In this document: in pieces, positions 39,310 through 48,338 of the stretch
Position numbering within the stretch: the first letter of the stretch is position 1
Layout of the letters: the number at the start of each line of letters is the position of its first letter
Source: an uncultured Chlamydiae bacterium
GTDB taxonomy: Bacteria > Chlamydiota > Chlamydiia > Chlamydiales > Parachlamydiaceae
Direction: 5' to 3'
Length of the DNA: 64,000 bases
Assembly: GCA_963754655.1 (NCBI GenBank)
Contig: CAVWGN010000001.1
Location: 2,144,001-2,208,000, forward strand
Translations under genes and position numbers: made by a program
Notes under the pieces: generated by a model
What the model was told of the DNA's origin: nothing
What the model saw: the letters and a program-made list of their open reading frames with translations, nothing else
Database searches by the model: none

Positions 39310-40683
39310 TTAAGTTATCTTGCTGACAGCAGCTAAGATAATCTCTTGATTTTGTTTAAGGCTTTCATCTGCATATTCAAGAGCCAGACCATTTTTCTGA
39401 ACAGCAGCCATGACAAACTCTCGATCTTTTCTAAAGCTTTCATCTGCATATTGAAAAGCAGAGCCATTTTCCTCAACGGCAGCCAAGACAATGTCTCGAT
39501 CTTTTTTAAAGCTTGCATTTGCAAATCGAAGAGCACTGCCCTCTTGCTGAACAGCAATCAGGACAATCTCTCGATCTTTTTTAAAGCTTTCATCTGCAAA
39601 TTCAAGAGCCTCGCCATTTTGCCGAACAGCAGCCAAGACAATCTCTCGATCTTTTTTAAAGCTTTCATCCGCATATTCAAGAGCTAAACCATCTTGCTGA
39701 ACAGCAGTCAAGACAATCTCTTGATCTTTTTTAAGGCTTTCATCTGCATATTGAAGAGCATAGCCATCTTGCTGAATAGCAGCCAAGACAATCTCTCGAT
39801 CTTTTTTAAGGCTTTCATCTGCATATTGAAGAGCCCAGGCATTGGCTTGAATAGCAGCCCGGACAATCTCTCGATCTTTTTTTAAGCTTTCATCTGCAAA
39901 TTGAAGGGCCCTCCAATCTTGCTGCACAATACCCCAGACAATTTCTCGATCTTTTGAAAGGCCGTCATGTATATCAAAAACAAAACGTCCAAAATACCGG
40001 CCAATGTGCATCAAAATTTCTTTATCATTAAAATGGGGAATTTTTTTAAGGGTAGAGATGATAGAGTTTCTTACCTGATACCACTTTTCTGTTTCTCGAC
40101 CACTACCATAGTAAAGTTTTTTAATAAATTCATTTTTGATAAGGGTTAGTCTTTGCTCATCATTAACTGATACAAGAGAGTTTAAAATAGACAACTGCTC
40201 TTCCGCTACCTGCCGAATGTTTTGATTGGCGCTCCTTTTGCACACTTCAGGATCCCATATATAGCGATCCAAAAGAGAAAGAAATAAACTTTTCGGATGA
40301 AATAATTGTGAATCCACCATTAACAATTTTTCCAATGTTAGCTCTTGATAAAGTAGGACTCGATCTATTAGTTTAAATTCCTGAGGGGTAAAATGCTCGC
40401 TTTGCTTAGTTTCGATATACTCCTGGGGAAATGTAACAGGGGATGGGTGATTCTCTTTAAATTGAAAAAGAGTTCGTAGCAATGAGATACAAGGATTCTT
40501 CTCAAAAATGTGTTTCCATTTTTTACAGGTCAGTAAAATAGAAGAGATGTCATGCATAGCTTGGCTTTGATTGACAACCTGATCAAAAACAATTTCTAAC
40601 ACCTCCTGAGGAAGTAAAGTGTCTAAGAAAGCTTCATTGGCAGTGTTTGGCATGGTGGGCGAATGAAGAAAGAGAGTTTTCAT
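39310..40683 (-). CDS. array copy 17, F-box-like/DUF4116-repeat protein directly downstream of the intact waaC-like gene
   Basis: 457 aa; ends SKIT. Confidence 0.9.
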   Translation of the reverse strand: MKTLFLHSPTMPNTANEAFLDTLLPQEVLEIVFDQVVNQSQAMHDISSILLTCKKWKHIFEKNPCISLLRTLFQFKENHPSPVTFPQEYIETKQSEHFTPQEFKLIDRVLLYQELTLEKLLMVDSQLFHPKSLFLSLLDRYIWDPEVCKRSANQNIRQVAEEQLSILNSLVSVNDEQRLTLIKNEFIKKLYYGSGRETEKWYQVRNSIISTLKKIPHFNDKEILMHIGRYFGRFVFDIHDGLSKDREIVWGIVQQDWRALQFADESLKKDREIVRAAIQANAWALQYADESLKKDREIVLAAIQQDGYALQYADESLKKDQEIVLTAVQQDGLALEYADESFKKDREIVLAAVRQNGEALEFADESFKKDREIVLIAVQQEGSALRFANASFKKDRDIVLAAVEENGSAFQYADESFRKDREFVMAAVQKNGLALEYADESLKQNQEIILAAVSKIT

Positions 40684-40840
40684 AATTTTTTCTTAATATA
40701 AGGAATTAACATTTTCGAACTTTAATAATATAAAAAGTGATATTATAATATTTAAATTAAACAAAATATTGTTTATTTTACAAATAACTAAACACTTTAG
40801 TTTTATAAATCATAACATAATTTAATAAATCTAGTAAATA

Positions 40841-41911
40841 TTAAATTTTGTTTAGAGAAGACCACCAAGAATAGAAGTGATTAAATAACAGGTGTTCCTC
40901 TAACTGCTTGATGCAGGCTCCCGTTTGACAGGTGCGTAAGATATCGCAGCGTCTTTCAAATGTTTTGCCGTAAGGGCAATTTCCTTGGAAAGCCTTATGC
41001 CGCTCCCCGATTGGCTTGTATTTATGGGCAGAAGAAGCTCCAAAAACACTATAGGTGGGAGTTGACGTCGTGCCAGCTAAGTGCAAGGGAAGAGAATCCA
41101 TTGCCAGGACAAGATCAACTTGAGCCATTAGATTTTGCAAAGCAGGAAGTGAGAGTCGAGGAATCATGGTACTTATTTGAGGAAAAGCGACAACTAATTC
41201 TTCTACCCGCTTCTTTTCAGCTGAATTACCCCAAATCAATAAGAAATGTGCTTGAAATTGTTTTGCCAAATCTCGCAAAAAACCTTGCCAGGTCTTTTGA
41301 GAAATTTGTTTATTTGACCAATTTGATCCTGGGCAAACGAGGACTTTTAAACCTTGACACTGCCGCAAATGATCTACAACCGGTTGCAGCTGAATCTTTT
41401 CTGAGGGAGAAAGATTTAACTGCACTCCTCCATTGATTGTTTCCTTGAAATTGCCTAAAGCGCTTTGTGCAATAAAAAGATATTCTTCTCTAGCATTTTG
41501 ACCACTAGGAGGATGATAACGTTTGTGTGTCATTAAAAGATTAGGCCATTCAGACACAGAAGGATAGCCGAAGCCAACCTTCATCGAGCTTCTGGCACAC
41601 CCTGTGAAGAAGCCAGACTTTGCATTTCCCTGCAAATCCAAAACTAAATCATAGCGTTTTTTGCGCAATTCCCGACAAAAGTGAAACATCTCCTGCCAAG
41701 TTTCTCTTTTTAAGAATTGAGAACGCCATTTCTTTGTTTGAACACACAAGACTCCCTGAACCAAGGGATGAGCTTGTATAAGCTCTGCAAAGGGTAGCTC
41801 TACTATCCAATCAATTTCGCATTGGGCTTGACATTGTTTAAGATATTGCAAAACAGGAAAAGCATGAATAATATCTCCCAATGAAGACATTTTGACAATG
41901 AGAATACGCAT
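40841..41911 (-). CDS. waaC: GT9 glycosyltransferase, lipopolysaccharide heptosyltransferase I-like
   Basis: MRILIVKMSSLGDIIH, YDLVLDLQG, DSLPLHLA; start placed at ATG 41911. Confidence 0.85.
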   Translation of the reverse strand: MRILIVKMSSLGDIIHAFPVLQYLKQCQAQCEIDWIVELPFAELIQAHPLVQGVLCVQTKKWRSQFLKRETWQEMFHFCRELRKKRYDLVLDLQGNAKSGFFTGCARSSMKVGFGYPSVSEWPNLLMTHKRYHPPSGQNAREEYLFIAQSALGNFKETINGGVQLNLSPSEKIQLQPVVDHLRQCQGLKVLVCPGSNWSNKQISQKTWQGFLRDLAKQFQAHFLLIWGNSAEKKRVEELVVAFPQISTMIPRLSLPALQNLMAQVDLVLAMDSLPLHLAGTTSTPTYSVFGASSAHKYKPIGERHKAFQGNCPYGKTFERRCDILRTCQTGACIKQLEEHLLFNHFYSWWSSLNKI

Positions 41912-41918
41912 GATCGAC

Positions 41919-42797
41919 CTATTTGAAAAGCTTCTGTTCTGCAATTTTAAAGTCATCTGGCAAAGGGGCTGTTAAAGACATTTCATTCCCTGTGATAGGA
42001 TGATGAAATTGAATTTCCTGTGCATGGAGAAGTAGGCGGGAAGGCCGGTAAGGACATTGAAAATGCTTGCCATACTGAAAATCTCCTAAGATGGGATGTC
42101 CCATTCCTGCCATGTGAACCCGAATCTGATGCGTACGACCTGTTTTTGGATAGCAAACAACCAATGATGCCATTCGCTTTTTTTTCAATCGTTCCCATTC
42201 TGTACAGGCATAAAGCCCACGCGAGGCGGAAACTTCCCCCCAAATCGTTTGCCCAGCATAAGCTTGTTTTTTGCCTAGGTAATTTTCAACTTTTCCTCTT
42301 GCTGGTTCAATTATCCCATCCACAAGGGCAAGATAACGTTTGCGAACTTGAAATTGTTTAAATTGGCTGACGAGATTTTCAAAAGCTGCGGGTTGTTTAG
42401 CTAGGAGTAAGACTCCTGTTGTATCACGATCAAGACGATGCACTAATTGTATAGACGGAAACATCCTTTTGCAAAGATGTAAAATTCCTTTTTCATCGCT
42501 ATTGATTCCAGAAGGTTTATCATAAACGAGTAAAGCATTGTCTTCGAAAAGAATGCGTGAGGGCTCTATTGCATGAGGAGAAACAAAAGAGAAATCTTGC
42601 TCCAAATGCAAACAGACATGATCTCCTTTTCCCACAATTGTCGAAGCGAATCGCTCCGTCCGCCCATTGATTTCACAGCCATTGTGTTCGATCAAACGCT
42701 TGAGGAAACGAGCCGAATATTGCCCCTCAAGACGCTGACTGAGAAATGATAGCAACTTAGAGCCAGATTCTTCAGGAGTGATCATCCATTCTAACAT
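41919..42797 (-). CDS. RluA-family 23S rRNA pseudouridine synthase
   Basis: VHRLDRDTTG, TGRTHQIRVH, HPILGD, LLLHA. Confidence 0.95.
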   Translation of the reverse strand: MLEWMITPEESGSKLLSFLSQRLEGQYSARFLKRLIEHNGCEINGRTERFASTIVGKGDHVCLHLEQDFSFVSPHAIEPSRILFEDNALLVYDKPSGINSDEKGILHLCKRMFPSIQLVHRLDRDTTGVLLLAKQPAAFENLVSQFKQFQVRKRYLALVDGIIEPARGKVENYLGKKQAYAGQTIWGEVSASRGLYACTEWERLKKKRMASLVVCYPKTGRTHQIRVHMAGMGHPILGDFQYGKHFQCPYRPSRLLLHAQEIQFHHPITGNEMSLTAPLPDDFKIAEQKLFK

Positions 42798-42825
42798 TTA
42801 AATCATTATAACCAAAAAATTAGGT

Positions 42826-43854
42826 TTATAAAGCTGTAAATTGACCAAGAAAGCGCAAATCATTTTCAGTAAATAAGCGGATATCTTGGATCCCCCTCAA
42901 CATCATCACAAGCCTTTCAAGTCCCATTCCCCAAGCAAAGCCCGTGTATTGTTCTGCATCAATCCCTCCATTGCGCAATACTTCAGGATGAATCATTCCA
43001 GCTCCTGCTATTTCAACCCAGCCGGTTTGTTTACATAAAGGACATCCTTTTCCTTGGCAAACCAAGCAAGTGATATCCACTTCAACTCCCGGCTCGACAA
43101 AAGGAAAATAGCTAGGACGATAGCGAGTGGCAATCTCTTGTGTAAAAAGCTTGCTCAAAAAGTCATCCAGTGTCGCAAACAAATCACCAAATGTGACATT
43201 TTTATCGATATACACAGCTTCTACCTGATGAAAGAAAACGTGTGAACGAGCAGTAATGGTTTCATTGCGATAGACTTTGCCAGGCGCAATGATGCGAATC
43301 GGCGGTTTATTCAGTTCCATGATGCGCGCTTGGATGTTAGAGGTATGCGTGCGCAACAAAACATGCGGAGAAAGGTAAAAGGTGTCTTGCATATCGCGGG
43401 CTGGATGATCGGGAGGAAAATTCAGCACTTCGAAATTATAGTAATCTGAATCAATATCAGGTCCATATTGAACAGAAAACCCCATTCCCGACAAAATGGT
43501 AATGATTCGATCCATGGCTTGCGTCAAAGGATGCTGACCTCCCCTGTAACGGCGTCGTCCAGGAAGAGTGATATCTAATATTTCATGGGCAAGTTGCTGT
43601 TCTTCTTCGCGAACTGTGAGCTCATGTTTGAGCTGGTCGCATTTCGCAGTCACAAACTCTTTGAGATCATTAATTTGTTTGCCGATTTGGGGACGCTGAT
43701 CAGGAGTCACATCACGCAGCATTTGCATGAGTTGCTGCACAGGCCCTTTTTTGCCAAGGTATTTCACTTGGACATTTTCCAAATCATCAGTTGTCTTCAC
43801 TTGAGCGACTTGCTGCAGAAATTGTTCGCGAAGTTCTTCGATACGTTGTTGCAC
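42826..43854 (-). CDS. pheS: phenylalanine--tRNA ligase alpha subunit
   Basis: HPARDMQDTF, LRTHTS, YFPFVEP, GFAWGMGLERL. Confidence 0.98.
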   Translation of the reverse strand: MQQRIEELREQFLQQVAQVKTTDDLENVQVKYLGKKGPVQQLMQMLRDVTPDQRPQIGKQINDLKEFVTAKCDQLKHELTVREEEQQLAHEILDITLPGRRRYRGGQHPLTQAMDRIITILSGMGFSVQYGPDIDSDYYNFEVLNFPPDHPARDMQDTFYLSPHVLLRTHTSNIQARIMELNKPPIRIIAPGKVYRNETITARSHVFFHQVEAVYIDKNVTFGDLFATLDDFLSKLFTQEIATRYRPSYFPFVEPGVEVDITCLVCQGKGCPLCKQTGWVEIAGAGMIHPEVLRNGGIDAEQYTGFAWGMGLERLVMMLRGIQDIRLFTENDLRFLGQFTAL

Positions 43855-43895
43855 GGCCTGCCTCTTAGAAATTCTTGACTTTAATGAGTGCGAAT

Positions 43896-43932
43896 AAAAA
43901 AAGAAAGAGCAAAATCAATGATTTTGCTCTTT
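43896..43932 (-). terminator. intrinsic terminator between rplT and pheS
   Basis: AAAGAGCAAAATC/GATTTTGCTCTTT stem followed by a T-run on the minus strand. Confidence 0.7.
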
Positions 43933-43950
43933 TGAAGTGATGTTGATCCC

Positions 43951-44307
43951 TTAAACAAGGGCTTCTTTAGCACATCCCACAATCGCTGCAAATCCACCTG
44001 GATCGCTAATTGCCATGTCAGCTAAAACTTTTCGGTTGAGCTCACATCCCGCTTTTTTCAATCCATAAATAAATTTGCTATAGGAAATTCCATTAATTCT
44101 TGCAGCAGCATTTAAACGCATAATCCACAAACTACGAAAATCGCGTTTCTTTTGCTTACGATGGGCATAATTATAAGCCATCGCGCGCATCACCGCACCG
44201 CTTGTTAAACGCAAGTGATTTTTTCTATCTCCAACAAATCCCTTGGCTAATTTAAATAATCTTTTTTTGCGACGATGAGAAGCTACAGCATTGGTTACTC
44301 TAACCAT
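43951..44307 (-). CDS. rplT: 50S ribosomal protein L20
   Basis: [35 protein letters not shown]. Confidence 0.98.
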   Translation of the reverse strand: MVRVTNAVASHRRKKRLFKLAKGFVGDRKNHLRLTSGAVMRAMAYNYAHRKQKKRDFRSLWIMRLNAAARINGISYSKFIYGLKKAGCELNRKVLADMAISDPGGFAAIVGCAKEALV

Positions 44308-44485
44308 AGCTATTCTCCACGTTAATAATTGACCGAAAAACCTAAATTTAGGTTTAAAACGGCTTTAACTTTATAAATATTTTTTCTATCTATTTGCTTA
44401 TCCGATGTCCAGGCTTGCATAGCAAGCATCGATTACCGTCTCTGTACAAACAGACAGCGGCTAAAGAAATTTCTCTAGCCTTATG

Positions 44486-44680
44486 TTATAAGCACATTAA
44501 GCGCTTATAAGTTTTCAAATGACCCTCATCTAAAAGGCCAGGTCGGCGTAACTGACGCTTACGCTTAGCTGTTTTATGGGTTAACAAGTGACGTTTACCT
44601 GGTTGGCTCATTTTAAGCTTTCCTGATCCAGTCACACGAAACCTAGCCGCAACGGCTTTACGAGTCTTCATTTTGGGCAT
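44486..44680 (-). CDS. rpmI: 50S ribosomal protein L35
   Basis: [21 protein letters not shown]. Confidence 0.97.
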   Translation of the reverse strand: MPKMKTRKAVAARFRVTGSGKLKMSQPGKRHLLTHKTAKRKRQLRRPGLLDEGHLKTYKRLMCL

Positions 44681-44712
44681 CGTACAGTCTCCTAACTTAA
44701 TGCGATTTAGGT

Positions 44713-45258
44713 TTAAGGAGCTTCGTCTGTCGAACTCTGCTTAGCTCCTTCTTTCTTTTTCTTAGCTCCAGGAGATAAGACCACGAGCAGCATGCGACCC
44801 ATCATCTTAGCAGGAGATTCAGCAATAGAAATATCTTCTAATTCCTGACACATTGTTTGAACAATCTTTTCTCCAATCTCTGGATGCATCATCTCGCGCC
44901 CACGAAATGTACAAGTAATTTTAACTTTATTGCCACTCGTTAAAAATTCGCGAGCATGATTAGTTTTTGTTTCAAGGTCATGAGCATCAATATTAGGTTT
45001 AAGCTTAATTTCTTTTACCTTGATTTGATGCGAAGCCTTTTTATTTTCCTTTTCCCGTTTGCTTTGGTCATATCGGAACTTTCCAAAATTCATGACTTTG
45101 CAAACTGGCGGATTGGATCCTGGAACAATTTCAACTAGATCTAACCCTTGCTCCTCCGCCATAGCCAATGCCTCGTAAAGAGGCACAACACCCACCTGTT
45201 CTCCAGTGTGGCTAATCACGCGGACTTTTGGAGCTCGTATTTCTCGATTAACTTTCAA
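44713..45258 (-). CDS. infC: translation initiation factor IF-3 (non-ATG start)
   Basis: [36 protein letters not shown]. Confidence 0.97.
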   Translation of the reverse strand: MKVNREIRAPKVRVISHTGEQVGVVPLYEALAMAEEQGLDLVEIVPGSNPPVCKVMNFGKFRYDQSKREKENKKASHQIKVKEIKLKPNIDAHDLETKTNHAREFLTSGNKVKITCTFRGREMMHPEIGEKIVQTMCQELEDISIAESPAKMMGRMLLVVLSPGAKKKKEGAKQSSTDEAP

Positions 45259-47011
45259 GTGATTTATTTTCTCCTCTTATTGCCGTCCTTTCCTTCATAA
45301 GCATAGGACACAAAGATTCTTGATACACTTTATTTAAAAATACCTCTATATCAACAGATTGATTTTGATTAAATCCTTCTGCTCTTCTTACGCTGATCTT
45401 CTGTTTAATTCTCTCTTGCTCTCCTATCAGGACAAGATAGGGAACATTTTCTTTTTCAGCCTCGTGGACCCTTGTGCTTAATTTTGCTTGTCGTGTATCT
45501 AATTTGACTCGCAATCCTTTTTGCTGCAAACGTTGGCTCACTTGCCGCGCATAGACCCGATTCGATTCACCAATTGCCATCACTCGCACTTGCTCGGGAG
45601 CTAACCAAAAGGGAAACACTCCTTCATAGCGCTCGATTAATAAGGCAATAAAGCGGTCAAAGGAACCCCAAATATGCCGTGTCAAAATGACCAACTTGCT
45701 TTCTGCTTGCTGAGCCAATAAAGGATGGAGCTCTTTTAAATGCTGAATGACATTTAAATGAGAAACCGGCCATTCGCGCCCCAAAACATCATGCACTCGC
45801 AGCTCAAGGCGAGGACTCGCTGCCCCTTCTTCCTCTTGTAACTCACAAGAGTAAGGATAAGACCGAGGGTGGGTTTGAATCGCTTGTTTTAACCATCCAA
45901 TGGCTTCTTGTTCTTGTCGAGCTTTAGGACTTTTCTGTCGTGAAGCAATCAAGTACCACTGAGCCTCAAAACCAAACATTGTAATGATTTGTTCAATGAA
46001 ATGCAAGGAAGAAATTAATTCCGAAACAACTTGGTCTTTAAGACAGCAAATTGTCGCGTGATCGATCAAATAGGCGCACTGACAAAAGAGTCCCCACGAC
46101 TGAGACTCGGGATATTGGTGAAAAATAGGCGAATATTCAATCATCCTCCAAGGGAGTTCGTCTGGATCTGGGGAGAAATTTCTCAAAAACTCGAGGTGCT
46201 GCCTCAAGAGAGAAGAACGCAATCTATACTCTTGCCCTTCAAAGAGAAAGGGCTCCAACGCTTGGGGATCCTCTCCTAAAAACTCTAACTTTGCAGCTAG
46301 CGGAGAGGAAAATGAAGCCTCATCTTCAGGCAATTGCTGCTTTAACCAATTGATGAGAATCTGCTGCAATTGAATCCCCTTGGGATGCCACATCACCCCT
46401 AATTTACCCATGGGCTTAGAAAAACTAAAAAGATTAAGCCTAGGACCTAGCATGCGATGATCTCTCTTTTTCAAAAAAGAATCATATTTTTTTAAAAAAA
46501 TTTTTAAATCTTTTGAGGTTTTTTGACAGACTCCTAGAAGACGTGTGACCCTCACCTCTTCTTCTTGAATCTGTTTGATAAAATGACAGGACTCTAGAAG
46601 CTTAATCGAGCCGATTTCATGAGTGCTAGTCAGGGAAAGCGAAGGGCATAAGTCATAGAATTCCTCAATTTGCACGAGTTCTAAAATATTGGAACTTTGT
46701 TCACCTACCTGTTCAGCCAAGAGAAAATGCGCGCGATGTTCAAGCAACGCCTGAGCATTTTCCCGCATCATGCTAATGAAACGCACAGGATGGTTTTCTT
46801 TGATAAAGCGGTGCAAATGAACCTCGATCAATTCTAGCATGCTCTCTGTCAAGGGATTTTCAAAAATAAAATCATAGTAGAAGCCTAAAGAATTGATTCC
46901 CCCACCGACTAGGATGACATTGGGAAACAACTGCCATCCCACTAACGCTAAGACCTTAGCTGCCAAATAGCGTTGCTCAATGAAATTTGAAGAAGGTTGA
47001 GAATTGTCCAT
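45248..47011 (-). CDS. threonyl-tRNA synthetase-like protein with degenerate catalytic motifs
   Basis: GFYYDF, RDHR, GSFDRFIALLIE and FPFWLAPEQV give the ThrRS layout at the thrS position, but the KPMNCP, motif-2 and HRA residues are replaced. Confidence 0.85.
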   Translation of the reverse strand: MDNSQPSSNFIEQRYLAAKVLALVGWQLFPNVILVGGGINSLGFYYDFIFENPLTESMLELIEVHLHRFIKENHPVRFISMMRENAQALLEHRAHFLLAEQVGEQSSNILELVQIEEFYDLCPSLSLTSTHEIGSIKLLESCHFIKQIQEEEVRVTRLLGVCQKTSKDLKIFLKKYDSFLKKRDHRMLGPRLNLFSFSKPMGKLGVMWHPKGIQLQQILINWLKQQLPEDEASFSSPLAAKLEFLGEDPQALEPFLFEGQEYRLRSSLLRQHLEFLRNFSPDPDELPWRMIEYSPIFHQYPESQSWGLFCQCAYLIDHATICCLKDQVVSELISSLHFIEQIITMFGFEAQWYLIASRQKSPKARQEQEAIGWLKQAIQTHPRSYPYSCELQEEEGAASPRLELRVHDVLGREWPVSHLNVIQHLKELHPLLAQQAESKLVILTRHIWGSFDRFIALLIERYEGVFPFWLAPEQVRVMAIGESNRVYARQVSQRLQQKGLRVKLDTRQAKLSTRVHEAEKENVPYLVLIGEQERIKQKISVRRAEGFNQNQSVDIEVFLNKVYQESLCPMLMKERTAIRGENKSLES

Positions 47012-47036
47012 AAAGGGGATAAAGTTAGGTAAGAAA

Positions 47037-47110
47037 TGAGATATAGCTGACTCGAACAGCTGACCTCCACGATGTCAACGTGGCGCTCTAACCAACTGAG
47101 CTAATATCTC
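47037..47110 (-). tRNA. tRNA-Val (GAC)
   Basis: GAGATATTAGCTCAGTTGGTTAGAGCG-CCACG-TT-GAC-AT-CGTGG-AGGTC-AGCTG-TTCGAGT-CAGCT-ATATCTCA folds as a cloverleaf; CCA not encoded. Confidence 0.95.
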
Positions 47111-47180
47111 ATGGAAAGAATTAAGAAGATAACTGATTACAAGAATTTTATTCAAGACCAAAATTTTGCAAATTAAAATC

Positions 47181-47241
47181 TTACCACATGCGCCGTAAAG
47201 CCCCCGTCCTTCAGAACGGGGCTTTACGGCGCATGTGGTAA
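47181..47241. repeat. GC-rich palindrome resembling an IS200/IS605-type end hairpin
   Basis: TTACCACATGCGCCGTAAAGCCCC...GGGGCTTTACGGCGCATGTGGTAA around CCGTCCTTCAGAACGG. Confidence 0.7.
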
Positions 47242-47483
47242 ATCGAATGGCATTTTTAGAACTTGAAAAATGGAAATTTCAATCATGGAAGGCTTTGATC
47301 AAAGGCTCGACTTTTTGAATCGTTTGCTTATGGTGAGTTTGTTAAATTTTTATTTTATTTCGAATTGCTGTTTTTTACCCGTCCACCTTGTTTTTAAAGG
47401 TGTCATTTTTATATAATTTTGAAGACAATCAACTCATGTTCCTTCTCCAACTCCTACTTGGAAGCAAAAATCCACAGAAAACT

Positions 47484-48035
47484 ATGCATAGCGAACTGGA
47501 TGTTTTAAAAGACATATGTTCCCAATTAGACAGTAATGAAATCTCCTATATGTTGACAGGATCATTTGCTGCTAATTTTTATGCTCTTCCACGTATGACA
47601 AGAGACATTGATATTGTCATTGAAATATACCCACAGAATGTTGAAAAAGTTTATAGAATTTTTCAGAAAGACTTTTATATAGATAAAACATCAATCAATG
47701 AAGCCATCCAACATCGGAATATGTTTAATATTATCCATAATGACCTTTCCCTTAAAATTGATTTTATTATTCGTAAAGATGACGAATATCGTCAAATCGA
47801 ATTTCAAAGAAAAAAAAAGATCTATCTTGATAACATCCCTATTTGGATTGTAACTCTGGAAGATCTTATTATTTCCAAGTTATATTGGGCAAAAGACAGC
47901 CACTCTGAAATACAAATGAAAGATGTTAGAAATCTTCTGCTATCTTCACCGCAAATTGATTTCTCTTACATGAAAGAATGGATAGACAAATTAAATCTAT
48001 TTACCCTGTATGAGAAGGTCAAAATCAATGAATGA
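47484..48035 (+). CDS. DNA polymerase beta-like nucleotidyltransferase
   Basis: YMLTGSFAANFY..PRMTRDIDIV, EDLIISKL; start placed at ATG 47484. Confidence 0.8.
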   Translation: MHSELDVLKDICSQLDSNEISYMLTGSFAANFYALPRMTRDIDIVIEIYPQNVEKVYRIFQKDFYIDKTSINEAIQHRNMFNIIHNDLSLKIDFIIRKDDEYRQIEFQRKKKIYLDNIPIWIVTLEDLIISKLYWAKDSHSEIQMKDVRNLLLSSPQIDFSYMKEWIDKLNLFTLYEKVKINE

Positions 48036-48324
48036 TACTTCTCCTATGATGGATAAAAAAATGCGTGAGATGATCAATGCTAAAGACCCTATAGAACGTC
48101 TAAAAATGGGGTGTTCAATGTATCATACATCACGATATTTAATCGAACGTGCCATATTAGAAAAAAATCCCTCTATTTCCAAAATCGACCTTAAAAAGGA
48201 AATTTTCCTCAAATTTTATCGTGATGATTTTTCACCTGAGGAATGTGAACGAATTATTAAACACCTTCAAACCCATGGAAAAGATCATCTTGAACCCTTG
48301 ACATCGAATCATACCATCAATTGA
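48028..48324 (+). CDS. small protein coupled to the nucleotidyltransferase (possible toxin-antitoxin partner)
   Basis: Start overlaps the upstream stop; MNDTSP...PIERLKMGCSM. Confidence 0.6.
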   Translation: MNDTSPMMDKKMREMINAKDPIERLKMGCSMYHTSRYLIERAILEKNPSISKIDLKKEIFLKFYRDDFSPEECERIIKHLQTHGKDHLEPLTSNHTIN

Positions 48325-48338
48325 TTAAGGAAGAAATC

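Larger units (their letters stand above)
9865..40683 (-). repeat. tandem array of F-box-like/DUF4116-repeat paralogs (15 near-full-length copies plus 2 fragments)
   Basis: Recurring ~2 kb units starting MK(T/P/S)LFLHSPTMPNTTNE and containing 75-bp/25-aa repeats DREIVLAAVQQxGxALxYADESLKK. Confidence 0.95.

Noticed and set aside
9813..40149. Many alternative-frame and antisense ORFs (MKALKKIERLSWLPFSK... and LNGSQDNLSIFFKAFICI...)
   Set aside because: Shadows of the 75-bp coding repeat, which has few stops in other frames; no evidence of independent starts, and they end where repeat variants create stops
9865..40683. CRISPR array interpretation of the regular repeats
   Set aside because: Units are in-frame 75-bp coding repeats without unique spacers, and no cas genes are present
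9865..40683. Diversity-generating retroelement as the source of variation
   Set aside because: No reverse transcriptase or template/variable pair in the window, and changes are not visibly limited to adenines
45248..47011. Annotating this ORF as functional thrS
   Set aside because: Zn ligands and motif-2 residues appear absent, so it is reported as a ThrRS-like paralog
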